Shown here: positions 1 to 9,579 of the stretch, one piece after another
Layout: each line of letters begins with the position of its first letter
How positions within the stretch are numbered: position 1 is the first letter of the stretch
Source of the DNA: a virus
Strand: one strand, 5' to 3'
IMG/VR virus record: IMGVR_UViG_3300025121_000002
Span: 1-64,000 of that record
DNA length: 64,000 nucleotides
Program-made: the position numbers and the translations under genes
Notes under the pieces: generated by a model
What the model saw: only the letters and a program-made list of their open reading frames with translations
Told to the model about the DNA's origin: nothing
The model's database searches: none

Positions 1-1
1 C

Positions 2-475
2 AATCAGACCGATGAGATTTGTTTAGCTGTTGTTAAACAAAACGGTAGAGCTTTGGAATATGTTAAACATCAGACAGAAGAAATATGTTTAGCTGCTGTT
101 AAAGAGAATGGTATGGCTTTACAATTTGTTAAACATCAAACAGAAGAAATATGTTTAGCTGCTGTTAAGCAAAATGGTTATGCTTTACTATATGTTAAGC
201 ATCAAACTGATGAATTATGTTTAGCTGCTGTCAATCAAAATGGTTATGCTTTGAAATATGTTGAATATCAAACACCAGAATTATGCTTAGTTGCTGTTAC
301 TAATTATGGTAATGCTTTGAAATATGTTAAGCATCAAACTGACGAATTATGCTTAGTTGCGATTAAAAAATATGAATGGTGTTTGTGTTATGTTAAACCA
401 GAGATTAAAACTAAAGATTTTTTATTACGATGTTTAGAAATTAATATAGCTTGTATAAAATATATGGAGATATAG
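2..475 (+). CDS. DUF4116-like tandem-repeat protein, paralog 1 (5' end outside window)
   Basis: Frame is open from the window edge and in frame with ORF 53..475. About 22-aa (66-nt) units ..QT[EDP]E[IL]CLAAV.QNGYAL.YVKH... Shared tail VKPEIKT..FLLRCLE.NIACIKYMEI. nt 1-162 equal 1440-1601 except one base. Confidence 0.8.
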   Translation, partial: NQTDEICLAVVKQNGRALEYVKHQTEEICLAAVKENGMALQFVKHQTEEICLAAVKQNGYALLYVKHQTDELCLAAVNQNGYALKYVEYQTPELCLVAVTNYGNALKYVKHQTDELCLVAIKKYEWCLCYVKPEIKTKDFLLRCLEINIACIKYMEI

Positions 476-477
476 AA

Positions 478-762
478 ATGAATAATATAATAGATTTTCC
501 TAAAATAAAACAATTACAAGAGGAACTAAATAAATTACTAGAAAGCAATCCAGAAAGAAGGGAATATCAAGAGTGGTTAAATAAACAACTAGATAAATAT
601 GGTGATGGTTCTACTCCAGAAAGTAGACATAATAGAATGTTATTTTTTAATGAATTACTAAAGGATAAAATAAGATCTTTAAACAAAGCTTTGTTAGATT
701 GTAAAGTAGATTTAGAAAAGATTAAGACTAAAATAAAGGATATAGAAAATGATAGTAAATAA
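478..762 (+). CDS. hypothetical protein (K/E-rich, coiled-coil-like)
   Basis: ATG 478 with GGAG about 8 nt upstream, right after the paralog-1 stop. The longer 451 start in the ORF track is a TTG inside the upstream gene. Confidence 0.55.
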   Translation: MNNIIDFPKIKQLQEELNKLLESNPERREYQEWLNKQLDKYGDGSTPESRHNRMLFFNELLKDKIRSLNKALLDCKVDLEKIKTKIKDIENDSK

Positions 763-1015
763 AAGGTATCACAGTCCTTTGTTATATAAAGTAAATAAAC
801 GAAACAACTATCAAGTCTGGTGTGCTATAGTTGAAGATAATATATTAAAGATTATGTCATACGAACAATCGTATAATAGATTTAATAAACGTAACTATAT
901 AAAAGAATATGATAACAAAGAAACTGCTATTAATGATTTGAATAAACGTTATGAAGAAAAAAGAAAGAAAGGATTCAGAAATTGGAACGAAATAAACAAA
1001 GATATATCAACTTAG
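749..1015 (+). CDS. hypothetical protein (weak WGR-like pattern ...A...L..RYEEKRKKGF)
   Basis: Co-oriented ORF overlapping the previous stop. Product guess rests on a loose motif only. Confidence 0.45.
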   Translation: MIVNKRYHSPLLYKVNKRNNYQVWCAIVEDNILKIMSYEQSYNRFNKRNYIKEYDNKETAINDLNKRYEEKRKKGFRNWNEINKDIST

Positions 1016-1254
1016 GTTGGTTTATATTACAAAGTAAATATTGTTATTACTTAGAAGTTAAGTTTAAACATTTAAATGATACAGAATATGATAAAATAGA
1101 GGATGAATATAAACAGTTAGCTAAAGATCTAGGGTTACCAATAAGTGCTTGTGATATGGTCGGTTTTGATTTAAATAGGGCAAGTTGTAGATTGGTTAAA
1201 GATAAACTAGAGCAAACAAAGAGTGTTGACTTTGGTTTATTAAATGAAGTATAA
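982..1254 (+). CDS. hypothetical protein
   Basis: TTG-start ORF overlapping the upstream gene by 34 nt, with no in-frame ATG near the 5' end. Start uncertain. Confidence 0.35.
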   Translation: MERNKQRYINLGWFILQSKYCYYLEVKFKHLNDTEYDKIEDEYKQLAKDLGLPISACDMVGFDLNRASCRLVKDKLEQTKSVDFGLLNEV

Positions 1255-1307
1255 TTACTAAATATCACTTCTTGAACGAAGTGAAAGATAATTAGGTATA
1301 GTATGAT

Positions 1308-1336
1308 TTGGATTATATTTATTTGTTCAATATTAT
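1308..1336 (+). promoter_or_regulatory. sigma70-like promoter candidate (TTGGAT-N17-TATTAT)
   Basis: -35/-10-like hexamers with a 17-nt spacer, about 39 nt upstream of the ATG at 1375. Confidence 0.4.
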
Positions 1337-1374
1337 TTTTTATGTGGTTAATAGGATAAAAAAATGAGGCGTAT

Positions 1375-1914
1375 ATGACACAATATGAAAACGACTTAGC
1401 TTGGATTAAAGACAATGGTTGTAATTTACGTTATATTTACAATCAGACCGATGAGATTTGTTTAGCTGTTGTTAAACAAAACGGTAGAGCTTTGGAATAT
1501 GTTAAACATCAGACAGAAGAAATATGTTTAGCTGCTGTTAAAGAGAATGGTACGGCTTTACAATTTGTTAAACATCAAACAGAAGAAATATGTTTAGCTG
1601 CGGTTATAGAGAATGGTTATGCTATATGTTGGGTTAAACATCAAACAGAAGAATTGTGTTTAATTGCTGTTAAAAAATATAGTGATGTTTTGCGTTTTGT
1701 TAAACATCAAACAGAAGAAATTTGTTTAGCTGCTGTTAAACAAGACGGTTATGCTTTGGAATATGTTAAACATCAAACTGATGAAATATGTTTAGCTGCT
1801 GTTAATCAATATGGTAATGCTTTGAAATATGTTAAACCAGAGATTAAAACGGAAGAATTTTTATTACGATGTTTAGAAACTAATATAGCTTGTATAAAAT
1901 ATATGGAGATATAG
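1375..1914 (+). CDS. DUF4116-like tandem-repeat protein, paralog 2 (about 7 repeats)
   Basis: Conserved N-terminus MTQYE.DLA..K.NG, 22-aa repeats, conserved C-terminal tail. 1698-1914 identical by eye to 3768-3984. Confidence 0.85.
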   Translation: MTQYENDLAWIKDNGCNLRYIYNQTDEICLAVVKQNGRALEYVKHQTEEICLAAVKENGTALQFVKHQTEEICLAAVIENGYAICWVKHQTEELCLIAVKKYSDVLRFVKHQTEEICLAAVKQDGYALEYVKHQTDEICLAAVNQYGNALKYVKPEIKTEEFLLRCLETNIACIKYMEI

Positions 1915-1916
1915 AA

Positions 1917-2966
1917 ATGAAGATATCTTGGAGTAGAATAGAGAAGTATTTAACTTGTCCTAAATACTATTATTACTATTACATTTGTGGTTATAGAGAC
2001 ACAACAATTAGTTCAGCTTTATTCTTTGGTACTAGTTTGGGTACAACTTGGCAACAAATACTTTTAACTAAAAAAGAACAGCTAACAGAAGAAGAAAAAA
2101 AGATAATCAACATTAATCCGTATATCTTTTTTGATAATTTATATAAAACAGTTAAGATAAATGATAACATTTACGATTTAGAAGATTGTATGTATGCTCG
2201 GTATTTTAAAAGTGATTTTGATAGTGATATACTAAATACTGAGGATAATGAACGAATAACAACATATAAACAAAAGAATAACATAGAAGAAAGTTTATCT
2301 TTTGATATATTGTATCCTAAATATGAAACTTATTCAACTAATGAAAAAGAAACAAAGTTTATTAACTTCCTATTTTGGGTGTCAACAAGACGTAAAGCTT
2401 ATATGTTAATCGATATTTATATAAAAGAAGTATTACCTTTGGTTCATAAAGTACATAGAATTGAAGGTAAAATATCTATAGAAAATACTAATGGTGATGT
2501 TCTTGAAGGATTTCTAGACGTTGATGCAGACTTTGAATATCCTAAAGATAATGTACAAAGAGTAATATTAGACCATAAAACTAGTAGTGTTAAATATAGT
2601 TCTAATGCTATTTTAACAAAGCAACAGCTTGCTTTATATAGCTATTCTGAAGGAATTGAGACACAAGGGTATATAATTGGATTAAAAAAGATAAAGAAAC
2701 CTAAAATTGGTACAAATAAAGGTAAATTACAAGCAGAAATACAAATATTAGTTGATAAAATATCAGAAGAAAGACAAGAAGAAGTTATAAAAGAAGCAGA
2801 TTCTGTCTTACAAAAGATAAAGAAACAAGAGTTTGAAAAGGATTATAGTAAAGGTTGTTTAGTATTTGGTAAATCTTGTTGTTATAAACCTTTATGTCAT
2901 AAAGGATGTAATCCTGATTATTTGTATATAAAAAAAGGTGAGAATATAAGCAAAAAATGGGAGTAA
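1917..2966 (+). CDS. PD-(D/E)XK nuclease, Cas4/RecB-like, with Cys cluster
   Basis: ATG 1917 after GGAG. N-terminal Cys (LTCPKYYY), acidic motif FLDVDAD, D-x-K motif ILDHKTS, QLALYSY (QxxxY), C-terminal Cys cluster GCLVFGKSCCYKPLCHKGC. Confidence 0.6.
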   Translation: MKISWSRIEKYLTCPKYYYYYYICGYRDTTISSALFFGTSLGTTWQQILLTKKEQLTEEEKKIININPYIFFDNLYKTVKINDNIYDLEDCMYARYFKSDFDSDILNTEDNERITTYKQKNNIEESLSFDILYPKYETYSTNEKETKFINFLFWVSTRRKAYMLIDIYIKEVLPLVHKVHRIEGKISIENTNGDVLEGFLDVDADFEYPKDNVQRVILDHKTSSVKYSSNAILTKQQLALYSYSEGIETQGYIIGLKKIKKPKIGTNKGKLQAEIQILVDKISEERQEEVIKEADSVLQKIKKQEFEKDYSKGCLVFGKSCCYKPLCHKGCNPDYLYIKKGENISKKWE

Positions 2967-3003
2967 TTACCGAATGTAAATGGTGTATTATTACCGAATG
3001 TAA
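2966..3003 (+). repeat. 14-bp direct repeat ATTACCGAATGTAA x2 (2966-2979, 2990-3003)
   Basis: Exact duplicate 24 bp apart in the intergenic region upstream of paralog 3. Confidence 0.7.
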
Positions 3004-3048
3004 TGAATTATCGTGAATGATTAGAATTAAATATGGTGAGGTATATGT

Positions 3049-3984
3049 ATGACACAATATGAAAAAGATTTAGCTGCTGTTAAAGAAAATGGTAGAGCTT
3101 TGAAATATATTGAACATCAAACACCAGAATTATGTTTAACTGCTGTTAATCAAAATGGTTATGCTTTGAAATATGTTGAATATCAAACAGAAGAAATATG
3201 TTTAGCCGCTGTTAAGGAAAATAGTTATGCTTTGAAATATGTTAAACATCAGACTCCAGAACTTTGTATGATTGCTGTTAAAGAAGACGGTCTTACTTTA
3301 TGTTTTGTTAAACAACAAACAGAAGAAATATGTTTAGCTGCTGTTAAACAGAATGGTTATGCTTTGGACTATGTTAAACATCAGACAGAAGAAATATACT
3401 TAGCCGCTGTTAAGCAAAATGGTTATGCTTTACAATTGGTTAAACAACAAACTGATGAAATATGTTTAGCTGCTGTTAATCAATATGGTTATGCTTTACA
3501 ATTGGTTAAACAACAAACTGATGAAATATGTTTAGCTGCTGTTAAACAAAATGGTTATGCTTTGAAATATGTTAAACATCAGACTCCAGAACTTTGTATG
3601 ATTGCTGTTAAAGAAGACGGTCTTACTTTATGTTTTGTTAAACAACAAACAGAAGAAATATATTTAGCTGCTGTTAAAGAGAATGGTATGGCTTTACAAT
3701 TTGTTAAACATCAAACAGAAGAAATATGTTTAGCTGCTGTTAAACAAGACGGTTATGCTTTGAAATATGTTAAACATCAAACAGAAGAAATTTGTTTAGC
3801 TGCTGTTAAACAAGACGGTTATGCTTTGGAATATGTTAAACATCAAACTGATGAAATATGTTTAGCTGCTGTTAATCAATATGGTAATGCTTTGAAATAT
3901 GTTAAACCAGAGATTAAAACGGAAGAATTTTTATTACGATGTTTAGAAACTAATATAGCTTGTATAAAATATATGGAGATATAG
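3049..3984 (+). CDS. DUF4116-like tandem-repeat protein, paralog 3 (about 13 repeats)
   Basis: Same N-terminus, repeat unit and tail as the other paralogs. Internal identical block of about 107 bp at 3224-3331 and 3554-3661 (offset 330 = 5 x 66 nt). Confidence 0.85.
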   Translation: MTQYEKDLAAVKENGRALKYIEHQTPELCLTAVNQNGYALKYVEYQTEEICLAAVKENSYALKYVKHQTPELCMIAVKEDGLTLCFVKQQTEEICLAAVKQNGYALDYVKHQTEEIYLAAVKQNGYALQLVKQQTDEICLAAVNQYGYALQLVKQQTDEICLAAVKQNGYALKYVKHQTPELCMIAVKEDGLTLCFVKQQTEEIYLAAVKENGMALQFVKHQTEEICLAAVKQDGYALKYVKHQTEEICLAAVKQDGYALEYVKHQTDEICLAAVNQYGNALKYVKPEIKTEEFLLRCLETNIACIKYMEI

Positions 3985-3985
3985 T

Positions 3986-4303
3986 ATGCGTTATATTATA
4001 GTTTTTATTATATTTATAATACTAATATCATTAGATACATCACAATCTAATTTAAAAAATCAATCTTGTTATCTAGGTTATGTTGTTAAACTAGAAAAAC
4101 AAGAAAAGAAGTATATACTAAATATAAAACTTAATAACGAAATCCAAGTATTAACCATTAATGAAAATAGTGATGTAAAATTCATTGATTTATTACAAAA
4201 TGTTACAGGTAAAAATGTTTTAATTGGTATAAAATATATGTATACTAATAATGAATATAGTGATAAACTTGAAAATGTTAAAATAATAAGGAGCAAGATA
4301 TGA
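3986..4303 (+). CDS. hypothetical protein with N-terminal signal/TM segment
   Basis: ATG 2 nt after the upstream stop. Hydrophobic N-terminus YIIVFIIFIILISL. Confidence 0.55.
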   Translation: MRYIIVFIIFIILISLDTSQSNLKNQSCYLGYVVKLEKQEKKYILNIKLNNEIQVLTINENSDVKFIDLLQNVTGKNVLIGIKYMYTNNEYSDKLENVKIIRSKI

Positions 4304-4866
4304 GAAACTTTCCATTAGAAAAGGATAAAATAGATAAAAACCAAATATGGACTATTAGTTCAAATGGAACACCAATGTATGTTTGTATTGGTAATGTTGA
4401 TTCGTTTAATCTTTTATATAACTTACCTCAAAATCTTTTAGATGAACTACTAGAATATGGTTGGTGTAATCAATATAATAGATTTCATTTTGAAACGTAT
4501 AACTTTAAATTAAATGATACAATAAAAGATACTAATACAAATACCCAATATGAAATATCCGATGTTACTATGAACATATGTAATAATATATTTGTTGCTA
4601 AATTATGGGATATAGACAATTTTAAGAGTATAGAAATGTCTTTAGGTGATTTAGAATATAATATAAGTAGTCAAGAATATGAAATTATAGAAAAGGAAGA
4701 AGATTTAGTATCTAAAGAAATTGATGATTTTTTTTCTGGTGTTGATGAAAAAAAGGAATTACCTTGTTCTATATATAATAAAGATTGTGAGATAGTAACT
4801 TCATATATGCCTGTATCTGGTAAATCCTTTAAAATGTGTAGAACCCATAAGAAGGAGGTATTTTAA
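4300..4866 (+). CDS. hypothetical protein
   Basis: ATGA overlap with the upstream gene, GGAG upstream, co-oriented array. Confidence 0.55.
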   Translation: MRNFPLEKDKIDKNQIWTISSNGTPMYVCIGNVDSFNLLYNLPQNLLDELLEYGWCNQYNRFHFETYNFKLNDTIKDTNTNTQYEISDVTMNICNNIFVAKLWDIDNFKSIEMSLGDLEYNISSQEYEIIEKEEDLVSKEIDDFFSGVDEKKELPCSIYNKDCEIVTSYMPVSGKSFKMCRTHKKEVF

Positions 4867-5189
4867 TGGAAAAATTTAAAATTGGTGATAAATTTAAATA
4901 TAGAGATGATATATATTTCCAAATTATAAACATAGGTGTGTATGATAATGGTGATCCTAGATATAAACTTGAATGTTATGAACGTCAGTTAATATCGATA
5001 GACCATTGTGGTGATGAATGTTTATTGGTGTGTAAAAAAATTGTTAACTTTCCTTGGGAAAATGAGACTTGTAAAGAAATTAAAAATGAATGTGAACATC
5101 TTTGGTTTGAAACTATATCACCATTTTCGGGTATAAAATGGAAAGATTGTAGTAAATGTGGTATGAAGTGGGAAGATTATCAAAAATAA
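4866..5189 (+). CDS. hypothetical Cys-rich protein (zinc-ribbon-like C-terminus)
   Basis: TAATG overlap, GGAGG RBS. C..C pairs (CEHLW...CSKCG). Confidence 0.55.
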   Translation: MEKFKIGDKFKYRDDIYFQIINIGVYDNGDPRYKLECYERQLISIDHCGDECLLVCKKIVNFPWENETCKEIKNECEHLWFETISPFSGIKWKDCSKCGMKWEDYQK

Positions 5190-5205
5190 TATATGAGGGT
5201 ATAAT

Positions 5206-5541
5206 ATGTATTTCTTAAAATTAGTAATGTCTTTTCTTTCATTTATTATATTATGTGTTATAATTACGAGTGTTTATATTTATCTTGAAGAAAGTAAAAA
5301 AACTAATTTATGTAAAATACTTGAAAAAGAATTTAATATAATATACAATGTATATGAATATAATAATATGTTTTGTAAACAAACAATATGTATAAGTCCA
5401 TATCTTTATAGAAAAGATTATTTTAATAATTTACAAGAGATAACTTTATCAGATACAACATTAGAATGTACCAAAAATATTTATGAAAAATTAAGAATTC
5501 AAAAAGAATATGAAAGTTATAAAATGGAGGTAAAACAATGA
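5206..5541 (+). CDS. hypothetical membrane protein
   Basis: N-terminal TM FLSFIILCVIITSVYIYL, GAGGG RBS. Confidence 0.5.
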   Translation: MYFLKLVMSFLSFIILCVIITSVYIYLEESKKTNLCKILEKEFNIIYNVYEYNNMFCKQTICISPYLYRKDYFNNLQEITLSDTTLECTKNIYEKLRIQKEYESYKMEVKQ

Positions 5542-5975
5542 AAATTTTCGAACTAGCTAAAGAATTAGGTTTAAAAGGTCATGAGTTACTTAACTTGATC
5601 AAAGAAAACGACTATGGTTATACAGCAATTACACAGACTTTAGATGTTGATGATGAAAATAAGTTTAGAAATGAATTTAAAGATGTTAAAAAAGAAGTAA
5701 CAATTGAAGAAATAAAAGAAGAAGTAGATCCTGAGATAAAAGAACATGATAAAATTGAGATGGTTGGTATTTATTATGATTATAAAAGAAAGAAATATAT
5801 ACCAATAACAATGATTATATTACCAGAACAGTTTGAAACATTAAACGTTGTTAAAAATGGAGAATATAATACCATTTACAATGCTAAAAGTAAAATGGGA
5901 GAACTATCAACAAAGGCTAAGTTTTTTAATCCTAGTACATTAGAAAGACTTATAGATAAAAGGAGATTAAAATGA
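5538..5975 (+). CDS. hypothetical protein
   Basis: ATGA overlap, GGAGG RBS. N-terminus MKIFELAKELGLKGHELL resembles a small helix-turn-helix-like module. Confidence 0.55.
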   Translation: MKIFELAKELGLKGHELLNLIKENDYGYTAITQTLDVDDENKFRNEFKDVKKEVTIEEIKEEVDPEIKEHDKIEMVGIYYDYKRKKYIPITMIILPEQFETLNVVKNGEYNTIYNAKSKMGELSTKAKFFNPSTLERLIDKRRLK

Positions 5976-6307
5976 TATTATTAAAAGAAGTATTTGATAA
6001 ATTACCAGAAAAGGTGAGGAAGTTAATAACTGAAGAAAATGAAAAATATTGGGTAAATAGAAAAGGTAATATAAATCCATATATTACTAATATGGGATAT
6101 TATCATGAATATCTTGGTTATAATGTATATTATGAGTTTTGTAAAAATATTGAAACATTAGAAGATGTTAAATTAATAACTCAAATTGATATACCTAAAT
6201 TATTAAAATTAGAAAAAGAGAATGAAGAACTATACAAATTAAAAAAAGAATATGATAATCTAAAGAAAAGTATAGAAGTTATAAAAGATCAATTTAATAA
6301 AGGATAA
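5972..6307 (+). CDS. hypothetical protein
   Basis: ATGA overlap with the upstream gene, co-oriented. Confidence 0.55.
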   Translation: MILLKEVFDKLPEKVRKLITEENEKYWVNRKGNINPYITNMGYYHEYLGYNVYYEFCKNIETLEDVKLITQIDIPKLLKLEKENEELYKLKKEYDNLKKSIEVIKDQFNKG

Positions 6308-6402
6308 TTGAAATGATTAAGGAAATATTCACATACGTTTGGGTTAGTATATTTGTTATTTCGTTGATAATATTAATGTTAAATCTTAACTAAGGAGTAT
6401 AA

Positions 6403-6981
6403 ATGACAGAAAAAGAAATTTATGAAAAACTATCATCACCTTTTCCATCAGAAGCTTTTCAGGTAGATTCTAGTAGAGGATTTGATTTATCTAGTTTAAA
6501 AGCTCAGTATATAGTTGAGCGTCTTAACGAAGTGCTTGGTATTGGTGGTTGGGATTTAGTTGGTGCTTATGAAAGAATTAAAGATGATATAATCTTTCAA
6601 GGTAAATTGTTCATAAGAATTGATGATAAAACTTATGAACATGATGGGGTTGGACATTGTGGACCTAAGAAAAACGTTGGTGATCAATATAAATCTGCTA
6701 AAACTGATTGTCTTAGTAAAACAGCAAGTTGGTTTGGTGTTGGTAATGAATGTTTTAAAGGTTTAGTTGATCCTAAAACGATTAAGAAAGGAAATAATGT
6801 AACAAATTACACTCAAACAACAAAACCGAGTGTAAATAATTACAAAACAGAAGAAAAAAAGGAGGAAAAACAAGAAGAAATACCAACTTTCAGCAAGAAA
6901 AAGAAACAAATGGAAGAAAAAACAGTAGAAACTGTTAAAAATGAAGAAAATACAGCAGTAAAAAGTACAAGTAAATGGTGA
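6403..6981 (+). CDS. Rad52/Sak-type single-strand annealing protein
   Basis: N-terminal pattern L.SPFP.E......G..LS.LKAQYIVERLNEVLGIGGWD typical of phage Rad52-family SSAPs. K/E-rich tail. AAGGAG RBS. Confidence 0.6.
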   Translation: MTEKEIYEKLSSPFPSEAFQVDSSRGFDLSSLKAQYIVERLNEVLGIGGWDLVGAYERIKDDIIFQGKLFIRIDDKTYEHDGVGHCGPKKNVGDQYKSAKTDCLSKTASWFGVGNECFKGLVDPKTIKKGNNVTNYTQTTKPSVNNYKTEEKKEEKQEEIPTFSKKKKQMEEKTVETVKNEENTAVKSTSKW

Positions 6982-7139
6982 TAATATATGTTTAAACAAA
7001 TCTTAATTGATGATATTTTATATTTAATTAATAGTAATGATGAATTAGTAACATATTGGGGTATTAATGGTGTTGGTCAAATACATATAGATCGAATATT
7101 TCCAATTTTAATTATAAATTTATTAACTAAGGAGAATTT

Positions 7140-7436
7140 ATGGCTAGATATTTAAATGTTGGTTCTATTACTAGAAGAAAAGGTAAAGAAGGCGGTGAAG
7201 TGTTACAATTTGAGTTAGACAATGTATCGTTATCTGAATTTATTGATTTGATAAAGGAACACGGTAAACGTTATTTAGGTGATATGAATAAAGAAGATAT
7301 TAAAGCTGGACAAGAGTTGAAATGGGATGATCCTAAGAGAATACCAAGATTAACTTTTGGCGTCTTTGAACCAAAGACGACTAACGAAAATGTTCGTAAA
7401 TTCGTAATGTTTAATATTTCGAAAAAAGTTGACTAA
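7140..7436 (+). CDS. hypothetical small basic protein
   Basis: AAGGAG RBS, followed by a strong intrinsic terminator (likely highly expressed). Confidence 0.55.
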   Translation: MARYLNVGSITRRKGKEGGEVLQFELDNVSLSEFIDLIKEHGKRYLGDMNKEDIKAGQELKWDDPKRIPRLTFGVFEPKTTNENVRKFVMFNISKKVD

Positions 7437-7457
7437 ATAGGGTATCATATGTTATAA

Positions 7458-7495
7458 ATAGGGTAGTGAAGAAATATCATTACCCTATTTTTTTG
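7458..7495 (+). terminator. rho-independent terminator
   Basis: 12-bp stem ATAGGGTAGTGA / TCATTACCCTAT (one G.U), 7-nt loop, then a T7 run. Confidence 0.8.
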
Positions 7496-7513
7496 TAACC
7501 AATGAGGTTTTAA

Positions 7514-9547
7514 ATGGAAAAATTGTATTATAGATTGTGTAAAGGTATGAATTCGAAAGGTAAACTCTATGCTATAGAAGACAATATGTATAACCATATT
7601 GATGATTATGAAAAGGATTGGTACTTTTCAACATATTTATATACCGAAGAACAAAGAAGAGAAATAGAAACTGAAATAGAAGAAGTTGATAAACAAGGTA
7701 ACAAATATACAACAATTAGGGGTGTATCTGGTATTACTGATGTTAAAACAAATAAGATGTGTTTTGACTTCGATAGTCATGATAACCTCGAATTAGCTCG
7801 TAAAGACACTTTAAAGCTAGTTGACAAACTTATTGGTGAAGGTATACCTAAGAAGGATATACAGCTCTGTTATAGCGGTTCTAAAGGCTTTGGTGTCATT
7901 ATAGAGACAGACACATACTTTACTCCAGAAGAGATTAAACGCACAGCATCATTCTTGACTACGGATTCTGAAACTTTTGATAGTAAAATGTATAACGCTA
8001 GTAGGATTTTTAGATGTCCACTAACGAAACATCCAGTAAGTGGGTTGTATAAGTATCCTTTAACTTATACCGAATTGAAAGATAAACATGCTAATGAAAT
8101 AAAGGAATTAGCTAAAAGTAATGATATAGATCCTTTAGATTACCAAGACTATTTTGATGTTGTACAATTACCAGAAAAGATAGTACATTTAAAGAATATT
8201 AAACCTAAAGTTAGTGTTAGTGAAGTTGATAGATTAGAAATGGTAACGAAACTAGATGATATTAACTTTTCAGAAAGACCTAGTTTTTTAACACCAGCAA
8301 AATATATGTTACATTTAGGTCACTTTCAAGAAGGTCAAAGAAGTCATTCAGCTATGATACTATGTTCAACATATAAAAAAGCTGGATTTAGTAAAACAGA
8401 TTCTTATAGATTGCTTAAAAGTGTAATGGAGAGACAATCAGAAATTAATAACGTTGATAGATTTCCAGATGAAGAATTGTGGAATAACGTAGTTTCTGTT
8501 GTATATGGTAGTAACTGGAACGGTGGTACTTATAATAGTGATACTAGTGATTTGTTAGTTAAAACTAATTTATTACTTCCTGAATATTTAAGAGATACTA
8601 ATAAAGGTAGTGGATTGGTTGACAATGATTATATTTTTGGTCAATTTAAAAAATTCATGGATGAGATTGATAAAAATACACTAAGATTTGGTATTAAAGA
8701 TTTAGATAATAAGGTTAAATTACTAACAGGTACAACAGTTGGTGTTTTGGGTATACCATCATCAGGTAAAACCGCTTTAGGTATGAGTTTGTTGGCTAAT
8801 AATTCTAAAGTTGGTGAACAATCTATATTTTATAGCTTAGATATGTCAATAAACATTATAGCTTATAGACAAGTTCAAGCTATAACTGGTTGGGATGATG
8901 ATATGATTAAAAATACATATAAAACAAATCCTAAACTATTCTTTGATAAATACAACGAATCTAAAGAAACTTTATTTAAAAACGTTACTTATTGTTTTAG
9001 ACATGGAACAACACCAGCGGATATTCGCTCTGATATAGTTAATTATGAACAAAATACAGGAAAGAAGGTGAGGTTGGTGTTAATTGATTATCTTGAAAAT
9101 GTTCAAAGTGGTTATACAGACCCAACTATAGGTTCTGGAGTTGTTGCACAAAGTTTATCAAATATTGCAGCAGAACTAAACGTTTTGATTGTTATATTAC
9201 TTCAAACACAAAAAAATATACAACCAACAGAAGAAATAACATCAATGCGAAGCATTAAAGGGGCTTCAATAATTGAACAATCTCTTAGTGTTGCGATAGG
9301 TATAAGTCGTTTAGGACACTCATCAACTTATTCAGACTATGATACTAGTATGCAAGTTAATGTTATTAAGAATAGATTTGGTTCTCAATCTAGAGTTGAT
9401 GTTGGGTGGTCTGGTAATTATGCTAAAATTAGAGATCTTACACAAGAAGATAGGAAGAATATTTCTGAAATTATTAGATTGAAGAAAGAAGATGCTGAAG
9501 AAAGAGAAGAAGAAAGAAGACAAAATAGAGGAAACGGTTGGGGTTAA
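7514..9547 (+). CDS. bifunctional primase (AEP-like) / DnaB-RecA-type helicase
   Basis: N-terminal half: CFDFDS, SGSKGFG and RIFRCPLTKH motifs. C-terminal half: Walker A GIPSSGKT and Walker B LVLIDYLE. Confidence 0.7.
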   Translation: MEKLYYRLCKGMNSKGKLYAIEDNMYNHIDDYEKDWYFSTYLYTEEQRREIETEIEEVDKQGNKYTTIRGVSGITDVKTNKMCFDFDSHDNLELARKDTLKLVDKLIGEGIPKKDIQLCYSGSKGFGVIIETDTYFTPEEIKRTASFLTTDSETFDSKMYNASRIFRCPLTKHPVSGLYKYPLTYTELKDKHANEIKELAKSNDIDPLDYQDYFDVVQLPEKIVHLKNIKPKVSVSEVDRLEMVTKLDDINFSERPSFLTPAKYMLHLGHFQEGQRSHSAMILCSTYKKAGFSKTDSYRLLKSVMERQSEINNVDRFPDEELWNNVVSVVYGSNWNGGTYNSDTSDLLVKTNLLLPEYLRDTNKGSGLVDNDYIFGQFKKFMDEIDKNTLRFGIKDLDNKVKLLTGTTVGVLGIPSSGKTALGMSLLANNSKVGEQSIFYSLDMSINIIAYRQVQAITGWDDDMIKNTYKTNPKLFFDKYNESKETLFKNVTYCFRHGTTPADIRSDIVNYEQNTGKKVRLVLIDYLENVQSGYTDPTIGSGVVAQSLSNIAAELNVLIVILLQTQKNIQPTEEITSMRSIKGASIIEQSLSVAIGISRLGHSSTYSDYDTSMQVNVIKNRFGSQSRVDVGWSGNYAKIRDLTQEDRKNISEIIRLKKEDAEEREEERRQNRGNGWG

Positions 9548-9579
9548 AATATATAATTTTTTAAAAAAGGGATTAATTA

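Noticed and set aside
451-477. N-terminal extensions MYKIYGDIEM / MYRTYGDK in track ORFs 451..762, 1890..2966 and 25369..25890.
   Set aside because: They start at a TTG inside the conserved 3' end of the upstream repeat-protein gene. A proper GGAG plus ATG start follows at 478, 1917 and 25393.
3049-3984. Regular 66-nt periodic repeats that could be mistaken for a CRISPR array or satellite.
   Set aside because: The repeats are contiguous with no unique spacers. They sit in one long open frame with conserved amino-acid periodicity, so they are coding tandem repeats.
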